A stretch of DNA of 64,000 nt from Synergistales bacterium (GCA_963666205.1 OY762654.1:448001-512000), one strand, 5' to 3'; shown: positions 20,459 to 31,545, numbered from the stretch's first letter. Translations and numbers: made by a program. Notes: generated from the sequence alone by a model not told the origin.

Positions 20459-21142
20459 TCAGACAACTATTTTTTCCCCAGGTTTCAGTATTAGAATATC
20501 AGAGTATTCTTGTGCAAGTTTTTTGAATTCTTCTGGATCACACTTTATTATATCGAATGTATTGTAGTGCATTGGTATGACCATGGCGGGTTTTATCATT
20601 TTCACAGCCCTTATGGCATCAGCTATATCCATTGTAAAATTCCCTCCTATGGGGATAAGCGCGACATCAACTTTGTCCTCTTCCAGAAGACGCATATCAT
20701 AAGTCAGTCCCGTATCGCCAGCATGGTAGATCTTTTTGCCATCCACTTCCAGAAGGAATCCGCCCGGATTCCCGCCAGGCATAAGCTTTCCTTCAACTTC
20801 CACATCTGAACCATGAATTGCGGGCGTCATTTTGACTCGGCCAAAGGGAAAAGAAAAGGTCCCACCCAAATGCATAGGGTGACAAACAAGTCCGCTTTTC
20901 TGAAACAGATTACATAGCTCATAATTAGCAACAATTGTTGCTCCTGTCTTCTTTGCCAGATAAGGGGTATCTCCAACATGATCTCCATGACCATGAGTTA
21001 CAAAAAGGAAATCTAGAACGTTAAAATCTTCAGGACTACAACATGCTGAAGGATTTCCAGTCAGGAAGGGATCTATAAGCGCTTTAATCCCTTTTCCTTC
21101 AATGTAAAAGGCCGAGTGCCCAAGATACTTGATTTGTACCAT
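20459..21142 (-). CDS. Metallo-beta-lactamase-fold hydrolase (UPF0173)
   Basis: THGHGDH, HAGDT and PMHYNTF. Confidence 0.92.
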   Translation of the reverse strand: MVQIKYLGHSAFYIEGKGIKALIDPFLTGNPSACCSPEDFNVLDFLFVTHGHGDHVGDTPYLAKKTGATIVANYELCNLFQKSGLVCHPMHLGGTFSFPFGRVKMTPAIHGSDVEVEGKLMPGGNPGGFLLEVDGKKIYHAGDTGLTYDMRLLEEDKVDVALIPIGGNFTMDIADAIRAVKMIKPAMVIPMHYNTFDIIKCDPEEFKKLAQEYSDILILKPGEKIVV

Positions 21143-21277
21143 AGTAAACTCCCCTTTCTACTTTCTCGAATTGATATTTTCATTTTACACTATTATGTTT
21201 ATCTCTTTAATACAACAATGGGCGACCACAGGTCGCCCATTAGAATATCCTGACATTTTACTGAAAAGGGTATTTCT

Positions 21278-23080
21278 TCAGTCCTTTTCCGTGACCTCGA
21301 TATTGAGCTCTTCCAACTGGTTTTCGCTTACGGAAGAAGGTGCTGATGACATCAGACACTGAGCCTTGGCCGTTTTAGGAAAAGCTATAACATCTCTTAT
21401 AGAGGTGGAATTACTCAAAAGCATGGCAATTCGGTCAACACCCAGGGCTATACCACCATGAGGAGGAGTTCCGGATGCCAATGCCTCAATAAGAAAACCA
21501 AAACGGTTCATCGCTTCCTCCCGTGAAAAGGCAAGACATTTGAATACATTTTCCTGGACTCTGGGATCATGTATTCTGATAGAGCCTCCGCCAATCTCAT
21601 TACCATTGAGGACAAGGTCATATGCTCTTGAGCGGGCTCTGCCAGGTGCAGTTTCTAAAAGGCTAAGATCCTCTGGAAGGGGGGATGTAAATGGATGATG
21701 TACAGATGTCCATCTTCCCTCCTCTTCATCCCATTCAAAGAGAGGAAATTCTACCACCCATAGAAATTCCCAACTGTCTTTCTCAACCAAACCGTGTTCT
21801 TTTGCAAGTTCAAGTCTGAGCTGACCGAGAACATTACAAACCTTGGACCAGTCAGGGTCAGACATAACAAAAAGAGCATCACCATTATCCATACCACATT
21901 TCCGGATAAGTGCTTCTTTTCTGGAATCATCAAGAAATTTTACCAGAGGCCCTTTCAGTTCAAGCTCCTTAAGCTGAAAAGCAGTCAATCCTCCTGCTCC
22001 AAGAGCTTTAGCCCTTTCCTCTATCAGGGAAAGCCCCTTTCTGGACAAGGCAGATCCTCCTTTGAGTCGAATCCCCCTCACAAAACCACCCTTATCAAGA
22101 TTTTCCCTGAATGGGGCAAATGTGCACCCGGAAAAGATTTCTTTCAGATCCACTATTTCAAAAGGGATCCTCAGATCTGGTTTATCACTTCCATATCTAT
22201 CCATGGCTTCAGTGAATGGGATACGTTTGAAGGGACCTGGTATATTGACATCTAGAACATCTTTGAAAAGACCCTGGATGTATTCCTCCAACAGTTCAAA
22301 AATATCTTCCTCGGTTATGAAACTCATCTCCATATCGATCTGGGTAAATTCAGGCTGTCTGTCAGCTCTAAGATCTTCATCCCTGAAACATTTAACGATT
22401 TGATAATACCTGTCAAAACCGCTGATCATAAGTATCTGTTTGAATATTTGGGGAGACTGGGGAAGAGCATAGAAATTGCCCGGGTTCACCCTGCTGGGAA
22501 CGAGATAATCTCTGGCTCCTTCAGGTGTTGATTTGGTAAGGAATGGAGTTTCTATATCAATAAAACCTTTGGAATCAAGAAATTTCCTTGTAAACATGTT
22601 AAGTTGATATCTTGTCCTCAGATTTCTCTGCATCTTTTCTCGTCTGAGATCCAGATACCTATACTTCAGTCGAAGGTTTTCGTCTACCTTATCAGTAGAT
22701 CCTGACAATTCGAAAGGAAGTGGAGAAGCAGGAGACAGGAGAAGAAGATCATTGGCACAGATTTCCCATAGTCCTGTCTTCATTGATGGATTATCTGTTC
22801 CAGAAGGTCTTTTCCTCACAGTTCCCTTAACAGCAACAACAAATTCGCTTCTGAGTTCTTTGGCAATTTCATGTACACTGGGTACATCTTCCGGATTTAT
22901 TACTACCTGAACAATGGAAGTGTAATCCCAGAGTTCAAGGAATATAATCCCTCCCAGGTCCCTCCTTTTACGGATCCACCCGTTGAGGACTACTTCTTTT
23001 CCTTCTTGTTCACCTGAAACCATTCCACAATAAACACTTCTTTTCCAGGATTTATCAAAAACAGCACTTCTGGACTCCAT
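21278..23080 (-). CDS. aspS: Aspartate--tRNA ligase
   Basis: OB fold, FYALPQSPQ, FRDEDLRADRQPEF and PPHGGIA. Confidence 0.98.
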   Translation of the reverse strand: MESRSAVFDKSWKRSVYCGMVSGEQEGKEVVLNGWIRKRRDLGGIIFLELWDYTSIVQVVINPEDVPSVHEIAKELRSEFVVAVKGTVRKRPSGTDNPSMKTGLWEICANDLLLLSPASPLPFELSGSTDKVDENLRLKYRYLDLRREKMQRNLRTRYQLNMFTRKFLDSKGFIDIETPFLTKSTPEGARDYLVPSRVNPGNFYALPQSPQIFKQILMISGFDRYYQIVKCFRDEDLRADRQPEFTQIDMEMSFITEEDIFELLEEYIQGLFKDVLDVNIPGPFKRIPFTEAMDRYGSDKPDLRIPFEIVDLKEIFSGCTFAPFRENLDKGGFVRGIRLKGGSALSRKGLSLIEERAKALGAGGLTAFQLKELELKGPLVKFLDDSRKEALIRKCGMDNGDALFVMSDPDWSKVCNVLGQLRLELAKEHGLVEKDSWEFLWVVEFPLFEWDEEEGRWTSVHHPFTSPLPEDLSLLETAPGRARSRAYDLVLNGNEIGGGSIRIHDPRVQENVFKCLAFSREEAMNRFGFLIEALASGTPPHGGIALGVDRIAMLLSNSTSIRDVIAFPKTAKAQCLMSSAPSSVSENQLEELNIEVTEKD

Positions 23081-23109
23081 ATAAATAACCTCCAAAACAG
23101 TATCACAAA

Positions 23110-24372
23110 TTAAATATTTTGTTTTATAAAAGATACTACTTCAGTTCTTGCTATTTCTGCCTGTTCATTTCTGTCAAGATTCTTTACAGTAATTACACCT
23201 CGGGAAAGTTCATGCCCACCGACTATACATACATGCGAAGCCGCCTTGTTAAGGGCAGATTTGAACTGGGCTTTCATTCCCCTGCACATAAAGTCCATAT
23301 CTGCTTTTATACCAGCTGCTCTCAACTCTGAAACAAGAGACATTACTTCGATATCCACATCTTTTTCTGCAGCAACCACGTAGACATCAATATGTGGTTC
23401 TTCTCCAAAATTACAGTTCTGCTGCTCCATGATAAGTACTATTCTTTCCAGACCAGCCGCAAATCCAACACCAGGAAGATCTGGTCCGCCAATGGCTTCT
23501 GACAGGTTATCATATCGCCCTCCGCCACAAACAGCATTCTGAGCTCCAAGTTCTCCGGACAGGATTTCAAAGGCGGTTTTAGTATAATAATCAAGACCTC
23601 TTACAAGACGTTTATCCATCTGATAATGTATACCCAGAGAAGAAAGGCCTTTGAGAACCATGTCAAAATGATCCTTGCATTCTCCACAAAGACTGGAATA
23701 TATATCTGGAGCTTCTTCTGTTATCTCTCTGCAATTCTCGTTTTTGCAGTCAAGTATCCGCAATGGATTCCTATCAAGTCTACTCTGACATGTAGGACAC
23801 AGGTCATTAAACCTGTTCTGAAAATAGTTCTTTAAAGTATCACGATACTGAGGTCTGCAGGCTGGACACCCCACAGAATTGATCACGACATCAAGATTAG
23901 ACAACCCCAGGCTATTGAAAAGGTCAAGGGCTATACTGATCACCTCCACATCCACCATAGGACTGGATGTACCCAGAGCTTCAAAGTCTATTTGCCAGAA
24001 CTGCCTGTATCGACCTTTCTGGGGTCTTTCGTATCGGAACATAGGTCCTGCACACCAGAGTTTAGCTGGCTGAATTCCATTTTGCATTTTATTCTGAAGG
24101 TAGGCTCTAACCATCGATGCTGTCGCCTCAGGCCGCAGTGTAAGACTCCTTCCGCCTCTATCTGTAAATGTATACATCTCTTTTTCCACTACATCTGTGG
24201 TTTCACCTATACCTCTGGAAAACAGCTCTGTATGTTCAAAGATAGGCAAATGTATTTCGCTATATCCGAAATTACCTGCAATTTCCATGGTTTTATTGAG
24301 AACAAAAGCCCACTTCCATGACTCATCCGGAAGTATATCCCTTACTCCTCTGGGAGCTTTAATCGCTGACAT
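23110..24372 (-). CDS. hisS: Histidine--tRNA ligase
   Basis: LRPEATA, FRYERPQKGRYRQF, LVRGLDYY and GGGRYD. Confidence 0.98.
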   Translation of the reverse strand: MSAIKAPRGVRDILPDESWKWAFVLNKTMEIAGNFGYSEIHLPIFEHTELFSRGIGETTDVVEKEMYTFTDRGGRSLTLRPEATASMVRAYLQNKMQNGIQPAKLWCAGPMFRYERPQKGRYRQFWQIDFEALGTSSPMVDVEVISIALDLFNSLGLSNLDVVINSVGCPACRPQYRDTLKNYFQNRFNDLCPTCQSRLDRNPLRILDCKNENCREITEEAPDIYSSLCGECKDHFDMVLKGLSSLGIHYQMDKRLVRGLDYYTKTAFEILSGELGAQNAVCGGGRYDNLSEAIGGPDLPGVGFAAGLERIVLIMEQQNCNFGEEPHIDVYVVAAEKDVDIEVMSLVSELRAAGIKADMDFMCRGMKAQFKSALNKAASHVCIVGGHELSRGVITVKNLDRNEQAEIARTEVVSFIKQNI

Positions 24373-24519
24373 AACAAACCCTCCTGTTTGTAACTGTAAA
24401 AAATAGACCTTCTGCATAAAATATTTTATATTAAGAATGCAATTATACTCTACCATAATTACTATATCCATATAGATTTTCTTATCAGACTAACCAGGAA
24501 AAATCAGAAATGAAAAAGA

Positions 24520-24554
24520 AAGGAGCGTGACCTCAAACAAGGGTCACGCTCCTT
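24520..24554 (-). terminator. Terminator after spoVS copy
   Basis: Stem AAGGAGCGTGACC/GGTCACGCTCCTT with U-rich tail on the minus strand. Confidence 0.8.
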
Positions 24555-24575
24555 CAATCAACGGAATTACAAATA

Positions 24576-24836
24576 TTATCTTGATTCAAGCTGAAACTTG
24601 ATAGCTGTCCTTTCCTCTCCATCTATCTCGATCTTCTCAAAGGATGGAATGCAAACAAGCTCTATTCCATTCGGCGCAACATAGCCGCTTGCTACTGCGA
24701 TAGATTTGACTGACTGATTAACTGCTCCCGCTCCTACGGCCTGAACTTCAACTGCACCTTTTTCCCTGAGAACGGCAGCGATAGCCCCTGCAACAGATTT
24801 GGGTTGAGATTTTGCAGAAACCTTGAGAACTTCCAT
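24576..24836 (-). CDS. spoVS: SpoVS family protein, copy 1
   Basis: MEVLKVSAKS.PKSVAGAIA...GAGAVNQ..K...ERTAI. Confidence 0.95.
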   Translation of the reverse strand: MEVLKVSAKSQPKSVAGAIAAVLREKGAVEVQAVGAGAVNQSVKSIAVASGYVAPNGIELVCIPSFEKIEIDGEERTAIKFQLESR

Positions 24837-25113
24837 GAAATACGGCCCCCTTAGAATAATGTAAATTCAACTGTCCCAGCTTATTCTCGTCTCAAAGTAC
24901 GAGCCCCCCGACTTCATTCTACTAGTATATCTCTACAATTAAGTTTTGTGCAAGTATTCACCATATTGAGATCTAAACATCAAGAAAATATCCAGATAGA
25001 TATCTCTAATCATGGATATTCACAATGTTCTTGAATTTTTTCCGGAGAGGAACTTCAACACAATAAAGAGGGCATTTGCCCTGAAGGTTCATGCCCTCTA
25101 ATTCATATTTGGA

Positions 25114-25374
25114 TCACCTTGGTTGAAGGAGAAATCTTATTGCCGTTCTTTCTTCGCCATCGATCTCGATCTTTGCAAAAGCCGGAATACAAATAAGGTC
25201 TATTCCATTCGGTGCAACATAACCTCGGGCAACAGCTATAGCTTTGACTGTCTGATTAACTGCTCCGGCTCCTACGGCCTGAACTTCAACTGCTCCATCT
25301 TCTCGTAAAACTGCCGCCATCGCTCCTGCAACAGACTTTGGCTGAGAATCAGCAGAAACCTTAAGAACTTCCAT
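25114..25374 (-). CDS. spoVS: SpoVS family protein, copy 2
   Basis: Same motifs; clear paralogue of 24576-24836. Confidence 0.95.
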   Translation of the reverse strand: MEVLKVSADSQPKSVAGAMAAVLREDGAVEVQAVGAGAVNQTVKAIAVARGYVAPNGIDLICIPAFAKIEIDGEERTAIRFLLQPR

Positions 25375-25742
25375 TAGGACAACCTCCCCCATCTTATTAA
25401 CCACTTTGATTTACGAGGTATATCATGACAAGAGTTATTGAATTATTTTAAAGTTTACATCTTTAATTGATTATTTGCAATACGTCTACTAGGTAGCGAT
25501 TCCTTGTTGTGCCGTGCTGAAGCGGGATTGCAAATAGAACTCGTTTCATTCTTCATAATTACAATCCAAGGCAACCTATCCCCAGATTGAAACCTTTTAC
25601 ACTTGGAAGTATTAAGAAAAGGGAAGGGTCAGCGTTTTTAAGAATTGGATGCCAATATAGTGTAGAATTAGTGGCACTTCAACAGGAAACTCTTTCGGGC
25701 AACACTTGGAAATTGTTTTTTGGAATAAGCAGGAGGTCTAGC

Positions 25743-27898
25743 ATGAACTCAAAATATGCTCCAGTGATAGCAAAGATTTTAGAAATAAAAACTAATCAGG
25801 TCATCCAGACTACCAACCTTCTCTCTGAAGGATGTACAGTTCCTTTTATTGCACGCTATAGAAAAGAGGCTACAGGGACCCTTGATGAAGTTGCTATTGC
25901 TGAAATAAGGAACCTTCTCAATCAAATGACAGAACTGGATAAAAGACGTAATACTATTCTCAGTTCGCTTAAAGAAAGAGAACTTCTTACTCCTGAATTG
26001 GAAAGAATTCTTAACTCCGCCATTACCATGTCACAATTGGAGGATATTTACCTTCCCTACAGGCCTAAAAAAAGGACCAGGGCTTCTATCGCAAGAGAAA
26101 AAGGACTTGCCCCTCTTGCGGAAAAGATCTTTCTTCAACAAGCATGTGATCCGGAACAAGAAGCAAAGGCTTATCTCGAGACTGACGAGGGAATAATTAC
26201 GATTACTGAAGCTCTTTCCGGAGCATCGGATATTATTGCAGAAAAGATCAGCGAGACCAGAGAGGCCAGATCTAAAATGAGGTTACTTTTTGCAACAAGA
26301 GGTCAGGTTTCGTCAAGATCGGTTAAAGGTAAAGAAGAAGATGGGGCTAAATACCGTGATTATTTTAATTATTCCGAACCAGCCCGAAATTGTCCTTCCC
26401 ACAGAATACTGGCAATGCTACGAGGTGAAAAGGAAGGTTATCTTAATCTTTCATTCCTACCCCGTGATGAGGAAGCAATTCAAAGGCTGGAGTACCTGTT
26501 TATCCACGGAACCGGAAAAGACTCCGAATTTGTCCTGAATGCATTAAAGGATGGCTATAAGAGGCTGTTGGCCCCCTCTATGGGAACTGAGCTGAAAAGT
26601 GCATTGAAACACCTGGCAGATAAAAAGGCAATTGAGGTATTCGCGAATAACGTACGTGAGATCCTTATGGCACCGGCTCTAGGTAAAAAAAGAGTTCTTG
26701 CTTTAGATCCAGGTTTCAGGACGGGCTGTAAGATTGTATGTCTGGGAACCGAGGGCCAGCTACTACATAATGAGACTATTTATCCCCATCCACCACAACT
26801 CCAGACCAAGAAAGCAGCAGATATCGTCCGAAATCTTCTCAAGGATTTTCAGATCGAAGCAATAGCCATAGGAAATGGAACAGCAGGAAGAGAAACCAGA
26901 TCATTCATTGATTCTCTTGAACTACCTGAAGAGATAATCATTGCTATGGTAAATGAAAGCGGAGCCTCCGTTTATTCTGCCTCAAAGATAGCCAGAGAAG
27001 AATTTCCTGATGAAGATGTGACCGTAAGAGGTTCAGTATCAATAGGACGACGACTTCTTGACCCTCTTGCTGAACTTGTAAAGGTTGATCCTAAAGCAAT
27101 AGGAGTAGGTCAATACCAGCATGATGTAGATCAGAAACTTCTGAAACAGAGTCTGGACGATGTTGTAGTGGAATGTGTCAATCGGGTGGGCGTTGACATT
27201 AACACCGCAAGTAAAGAACTTTTATCATACATTTCAGGCCTTGGCCCTCAACTTGCACAAAACATAATAAACTTCAGAGAAACTCATGGAGTCTTCAAAT
27301 CACGGATGGATCTGAAAAAGGTCCCAAGACTTGGGCCCAAGGCTTTTCAACAAGCTGCAGGATTTCTGAGGATCAGGGGAGGAGAAAATCCACTTGATGC
27401 AAGTTCAGTTCATCCTGAAAACTATACTATTGTAACAAGGATCGCAGATGATACCGGTTATTCAGTTATTGAACTAGCTGGAAGACAGGATCTGAAAGAA
27501 TCCCTTGATCTTGAAAAATACATGACACCTGAAGTAGGGTTACCCACACTGCTTGACATCCTGGAAGAACTGGCCAAACCTGGGAAAGACCCCAGAAAGA
27601 ATTTCGATCTTTTTACTTATCTGAAGAAGTCAGAAAAATCGAAGACCTTAAAGCAGGAATGATCCTTCCGGGTGTTGTTTCGAATGTAACTGCTTTCGGA
27701 GCTTTTATTGATATTGGTGTACATCAGGATGGCCTGGTCCATATAAGTGAAATTAGTAGTTCCTTTGTCAAAGATCCATCCCTTGTTGTAAGACCTTCCC
27801 AGAAAGTAACTGTAAGAGTACTGGATGTAGACATGGAACGTAATAGGATCTCTCTATCAATGAAAGACATACAACGAGATAAGGAGGACCTGCAATGA
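25743..27898 (+). pseudogene. tex: Tex family RNA-binding transcriptional accessory protein, frameshifted near 27620 (ORFs 25743-27662 and 27659-27898)
   Basis: TVPFIARYRKE, DPGFRTGCK and GVGQYQHDV in frame 0; SEEVRKIEDLKAGMILPG...DIGVHQDGLVHIS (S1 domain) in the -1 frame. Confidence 0.8.
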
Positions 27899-29169
27899 CA
27901 ACCTTTGACTTTGACATAGCTGTTATAGGAGGAGGACCTGCTGGTCTTATGGCGGCCGGGCAAGCATCTGAAAATGGAGCAAAGGTAGTATTAATTGAAA
28001 AGAATGCTGAACTGGGGAAGAAACTTCTTCTCACAGGAAATGGCAGGTGCAATGTCACCAACGCTCTTTTTAACACCAACGAACTGGTTAGACATTTTGG
28101 AAAAGGTGGATCTTTTCTGTATTCCTCACTCAGCAGATTTGGACCTCAGGATATTATGAATTTTTTTGAGGAGAAAGATGTAAAACTTAAAGTAGAGAGG
28201 GGCAACAGGGTATTTCCCGTGTCTGACCGATCTACTGATATTCTTTCCTGCCTTTACGGATATTTGAAGGAGAAAAAAGTAAACATCTACAGGGATGCTC
28301 AAGTCATAAATATGATAGTCAGAGAAAACCATATAGAAAGATTGATTTTACGAAATAAAGAATTAACTGCTCGAAAATACATATTATGTACTGGAGGAAA
28401 ATCTTATCCTCAGACCGGATCCACTGGCGATGGGTACCGCTGGGCTACCATGATGGGACACTCCGTAACCCCGCTCCTGCCATCGCTAGTACCCATCAAG
28501 GTTAATAATGATTGGGTCAAATCGGTGATGGGTCTTTCTCTGAAAAATGTATCGATCTCTTCTTTTCTGGAAGGTCAGAAAAAAGAATCCCGTTTTGGCG
28601 AAATGCTCTTTACTCACTTCGGAATTAGTGGCCCCATCGTAATGGATATTAGTCAACACCTTCTTGAACTTCAAAGGAGCGGGAAAGTACAAGTATTGAT
28701 TGACCTGAAACCCGCACTCGACGAGAACAAACTTGATGCCAGAATTCGTCGAGATTTCAGAAAGTTCAGTGGAAGAAAACTGAAAAATGCTCTCCATGAA
28801 CTTCTCCCTCAGAAACTCATACCTGTAATAATAGACTTGTCATCTTTAGACCCGGATAAACAGGTAGACCATATAGAGCATGAAGAAAGACACCGGCTTG
28901 TTTCCATGTTGAAGGGACTTCCTCTGGATATAAGTGGATCCCTTGGTTTTAAATGGTCCATAGTAACAAGCGGAGGTATAGAACTCAAGGAAATAGAGCC
29001 AGGGACGCTCAAGTCGAAGATAATTGACAATTTGTATTTAGCTGGTGAGATCCTGGATATTGATGGCCCGACAGGAGGATTTAATCTCCAGGTCTGCTGG
29101 ACAACAGGTTATATTGCTGGCATTTCGGCAGCACTTTCTCTCTATCAGGAAGATATAGAGAAATCCTGA
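27895..29169 (+). CDS. HI0933/BaiN-like NAD(P)/FAD-dependent oxidoreductase
   Basis: GGGPAG, GNGRCNVTN, GSTGDGY, LFTHFGISGP and GGFNLQ. Confidence 0.93.
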   Translation: MTTFDFDIAVIGGGPAGLMAAGQASENGAKVVLIEKNAELGKKLLLTGNGRCNVTNALFNTNELVRHFGKGGSFLYSSLSRFGPQDIMNFFEEKDVKLKVERGNRVFPVSDRSTDILSCLYGYLKEKKVNIYRDAQVINMIVRENHIERLILRNKELTARKYILCTGGKSYPQTGSTGDGYRWATMMGHSVTPLLPSLVPIKVNNDWVKSVMGLSLKNVSISSFLEGQKKESRFGEMLFTHFGISGPIVMDISQHLLELQRSGKVQVLIDLKPALDENKLDARIRRDFRKFSGRKLKNALHELLPQKLIPVIIDLSSLDPDKQVDHIEHEERHRLVSMLKGLPLDISGSLGFKWSIVTSGGIELKEIEPGTLKSKIIDNLYLAGEILDIDGPTGGFNLQVCWTTGYIAGISAALSLYQEDIEKS

Positions 29170-29180
29170 GTCTTCCTTGT

Positions 29181-29209
29181 TTGACAGCTGGCCTGGCGGA
29201 TGCTATGCT
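29181..29209 (+). promoter_or_regulatory. Putative promoter upstream of the dodecin gene
   Basis: TTGACA-17bp-TATGCT. Confidence 0.55.
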
Positions 29210-29370
29210 TCATCTGAATGACATGGCGACGCGCGACCGTTATATTGGCTTATTAGGCGATTTTCAGAAATTCTTCGATTCGAGCTTTTCATAACACTGT
29301 TGAACCTTCTTTAAGATAACTTAAACAGTTTCCGGTTTTCATAAGGAGACACCTGAAGGAGGTAGATACC

Positions 29371-29580
29371 GTGAGTGTCTATAAGGTTATAGAACTCGTT
29401 GGAAGCAGTGAAAAGTCCTGGGAAGATGCTGCATGTACAGCAGTTAGTACTGCTTCAAAACATCTGAGGGATCTTAGAATTGCAGAAGTTGAGAAGATGG
29501 ATATGCACATTGGTGATGATGGGAAATGCAACTTCAGGATAAGGCTCAAAGTGTCTTTTAAATATCACACAGAAGAGTAG
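29371..29580 (+). CDS. Dodecin-domain protein
   Basis: VYKVIELVGSS..SWEDA...LKVSFK, 69 aa, AAGGAGGT SD. Confidence 0.9.
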   Translation: MSVYKVIELVGSSEKSWEDAACTAVSTASKHLRDLRIAEVEKMDMHIGDDGKCNFRIRLKVSFKYHTEE

Positions 29581-29660
29581 AAAGATTTTCTTTATCAGGA
29601 AACCATAGCATGGAAATTTATCCAAGGAGCAATATCTGAAAAATACAATCTTTTCTATCA

Positions 29661-29700
29661 GGGTATCCGTGGAGGCTTTTCCCTTCCGGATACCTTTTTT
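29661..29700 (+). terminator. Terminator after dodecin
   Basis: GGTATCCG...CGGATACC hairpin followed by a T-run. Confidence 0.6.
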
Positions 29701-29887
29701 AACATCCCTTTGTATCTACGGGAATTACTAGGACTCGTCCTCTTTTTGAAGATCAGGATATTTCATAAAAGTTTTCTCCTGTGCCACTCATGGCGAATCA
29801 GCTTTATACATTCACCATTATCCACGAATAACAAAAAAGGCCCCAAAAGATAAGGGCCTGAAAGCCAAGAAACTTACGGAAGAACGA

Positions 29888-30175
29888 TCAGTCCTTGATC
29901 CTCTCGAGAACGAGTTTATAACCATCAGCACCATAGTCGAGGCATTTTTTTACCCTGCTTATGGTTGCAGTACTTGCACCAGTTTCCTGTGCGATTTTTG
30001 GATAAGTCTCACCAAGATCCAGTTTTCTGGCGACCTCAAGCCTCTGGGCAAGAGCACGGATCTCACCTATTGTTGCTACATCTTCTAGAAAAGAATAAAC
30101 CTCTTCGACTGTTTCAAGACTCAAAAAACCTTCTGCAAGTTGTTTGGTCAATTCATCCTGCCACTTCTGGGCCAT
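29888..30175 (-). CDS. YerC/YecD family TrpR-related protein
   Basis: QRLEVA..L..G.TY..I...TGASTATISRV. Confidence 0.92.
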   Translation of the reverse strand: MAQKWQDELTKQLAEGFLSLETVEEVYSFLEDVATIGEIRALAQRLEVARKLDLGETYPKIAQETGASTATISRVKKCLDYGADGYKLVLERIKD

Positions 30176-30367
30176 TAAACTCTCCTCCTTAAATATTATG
30201 TCGACACACTGATGAATGATAGCACTGTAAAGTATGACATTCAAGAGGAAAGTTATTTTCTTCTTCATCCCTCAGAAAACGAAGGGCGTGAGTCCTCCAT
30301 TTTTTGTAGGAATTCTTTTGATTAGGATAATTCAGATTATTAGTATAAATTGTCCTATCTTTAAGCT

Positions 30368-31521
30368 TTATTCAGACTTCCATCTTCTGAACCAACTTTG
30401 CAGAGAAGCCTCAATTCCTGGAATTCTCCTTTCTTTCCAACTTTCACAGAGAGAATAGCCCTGATATGAAGTCCATTCCAGCCTCCTGAGATCATGACCC
30501 TCGGCAGACAACACAGTAGAATACCATATATCGTTAACAGGAAATACCAATCCTGGCTCATTCACTATTCCTCTGGATTTTTCCGGTATCCCCATTTCAT
30601 GGAATATTTCCTACTAAGATATGACTTTCATATCGGGATAATACTGCTTAAAAATGGAATAGAAGGACATATGGGTTACGATTATTTCATAGGCTTCAAA
30701 CGCTATTTTTATTCTATAAACGCAATGGAACTTTTCATGGGAATCATCAATAAGGCAAGGGTGTTGGTTTGATTACTGGAACATTTCAGTACAACACCTC
30801 TTCCAGGTAATTTATCCTTAATATATCCAAGAACTATATCAACTCCCTGTGGATTATGGGATGGCAGACTTCATCCAGGAAAAAACTCTTTTGATAAATC
30901 CTGACATTTTATCTGGAATAGTTCTTTTAAAGATCTTTGAATAACCGGGTTTCTGGAGTATGGGTATTGCTTTATATTTTTTAAGTAACCCTATAAAAGT
31001 GGTTCGCAAATATCCACAAAGGTTTGCGAAAACCTGAAATCCCTGGGTAAAGAAAAACTCTGTTTATACATATTTAAAACAGGCTATAGGTCTGTTGTTC
31101 CATAACGTATCCATGTGATATTTCGTTGTTCCCAAGAAAAGAAAGATCAGGCTTCAACCCATCCTCCTGAAAGATCGCACATAAGATCACCCATCAAAAA
31201 GGTAAAAATATCATCTTCTCCTTTACTAAGATGTAGAAACTCTCCTGCTACGCACTCAGCTACCGGGTTCTTCATATTCGAATTTCCCCTTCCTGTCTTG
31301 AAAGATATGTAATGCACTCGAATTGTAGTTTGCTTTTCCTTTTTTCTGCTCTCAGAAAATAAAAAATTGATCGATGGATTGTTTTATACCAGAAAACCAT
31401 TATTTAAGCAACCTTTTTCGATTATAGCCTGCCTGGATAATATATTTTACATGCCAATATCTTGTATTACGCCATACTATGCAGGTTTGACCTCCTGATC
31501 TTTAAGCAATTCAGAGGACAT
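30368..31521 (-). pseudogene. Decayed (Fe-S)-binding CCG-domain protein gene
   Basis: SD plus ATG at 31521, then fragments FFPG*SLPSHNPQGVDIVLGYIKDKLPGRGVVLKC and YEIIVTHMSFYSIFKQYYPDMKVIS**EIFHEMGIPEKSRG, with many stops and frameshifts. Confidence 0.65.
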
Positions 31522-31545
31522 TTTCCGACCCTCCCCACATATTCC

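Noticed and set aside
21218-21240. Hairpin ATGGGCGACC-ACA-GGTCGCCCAT, REP-like
   Set aside because: Single copy, no GTAG foot and no RAYT gene; most simply the aspS terminator.
24373-24520. T-box leader expected upstream of hisS-aspS
   Set aside because: No T-box consensus or stem-I motifs seen; the only hairpin belongs to spoVS.
25490-25580. TGCCGTGCTGAAGCGGG and AGGTAGCG resemble the 5' end of the large bacterial SRP RNA; weak nested pairing
   Set aside because: The two motifs are in the wrong order and the conserved SRP helix-8 core is absent nearby.
30871-30873. TGA at a conserved Cys position (FFPG*SL), possible selenocysteine
   Set aside because: The same gene has multiple TAA/TAG stops, frameshifts and lost cysteines, so it is a pseudogene.
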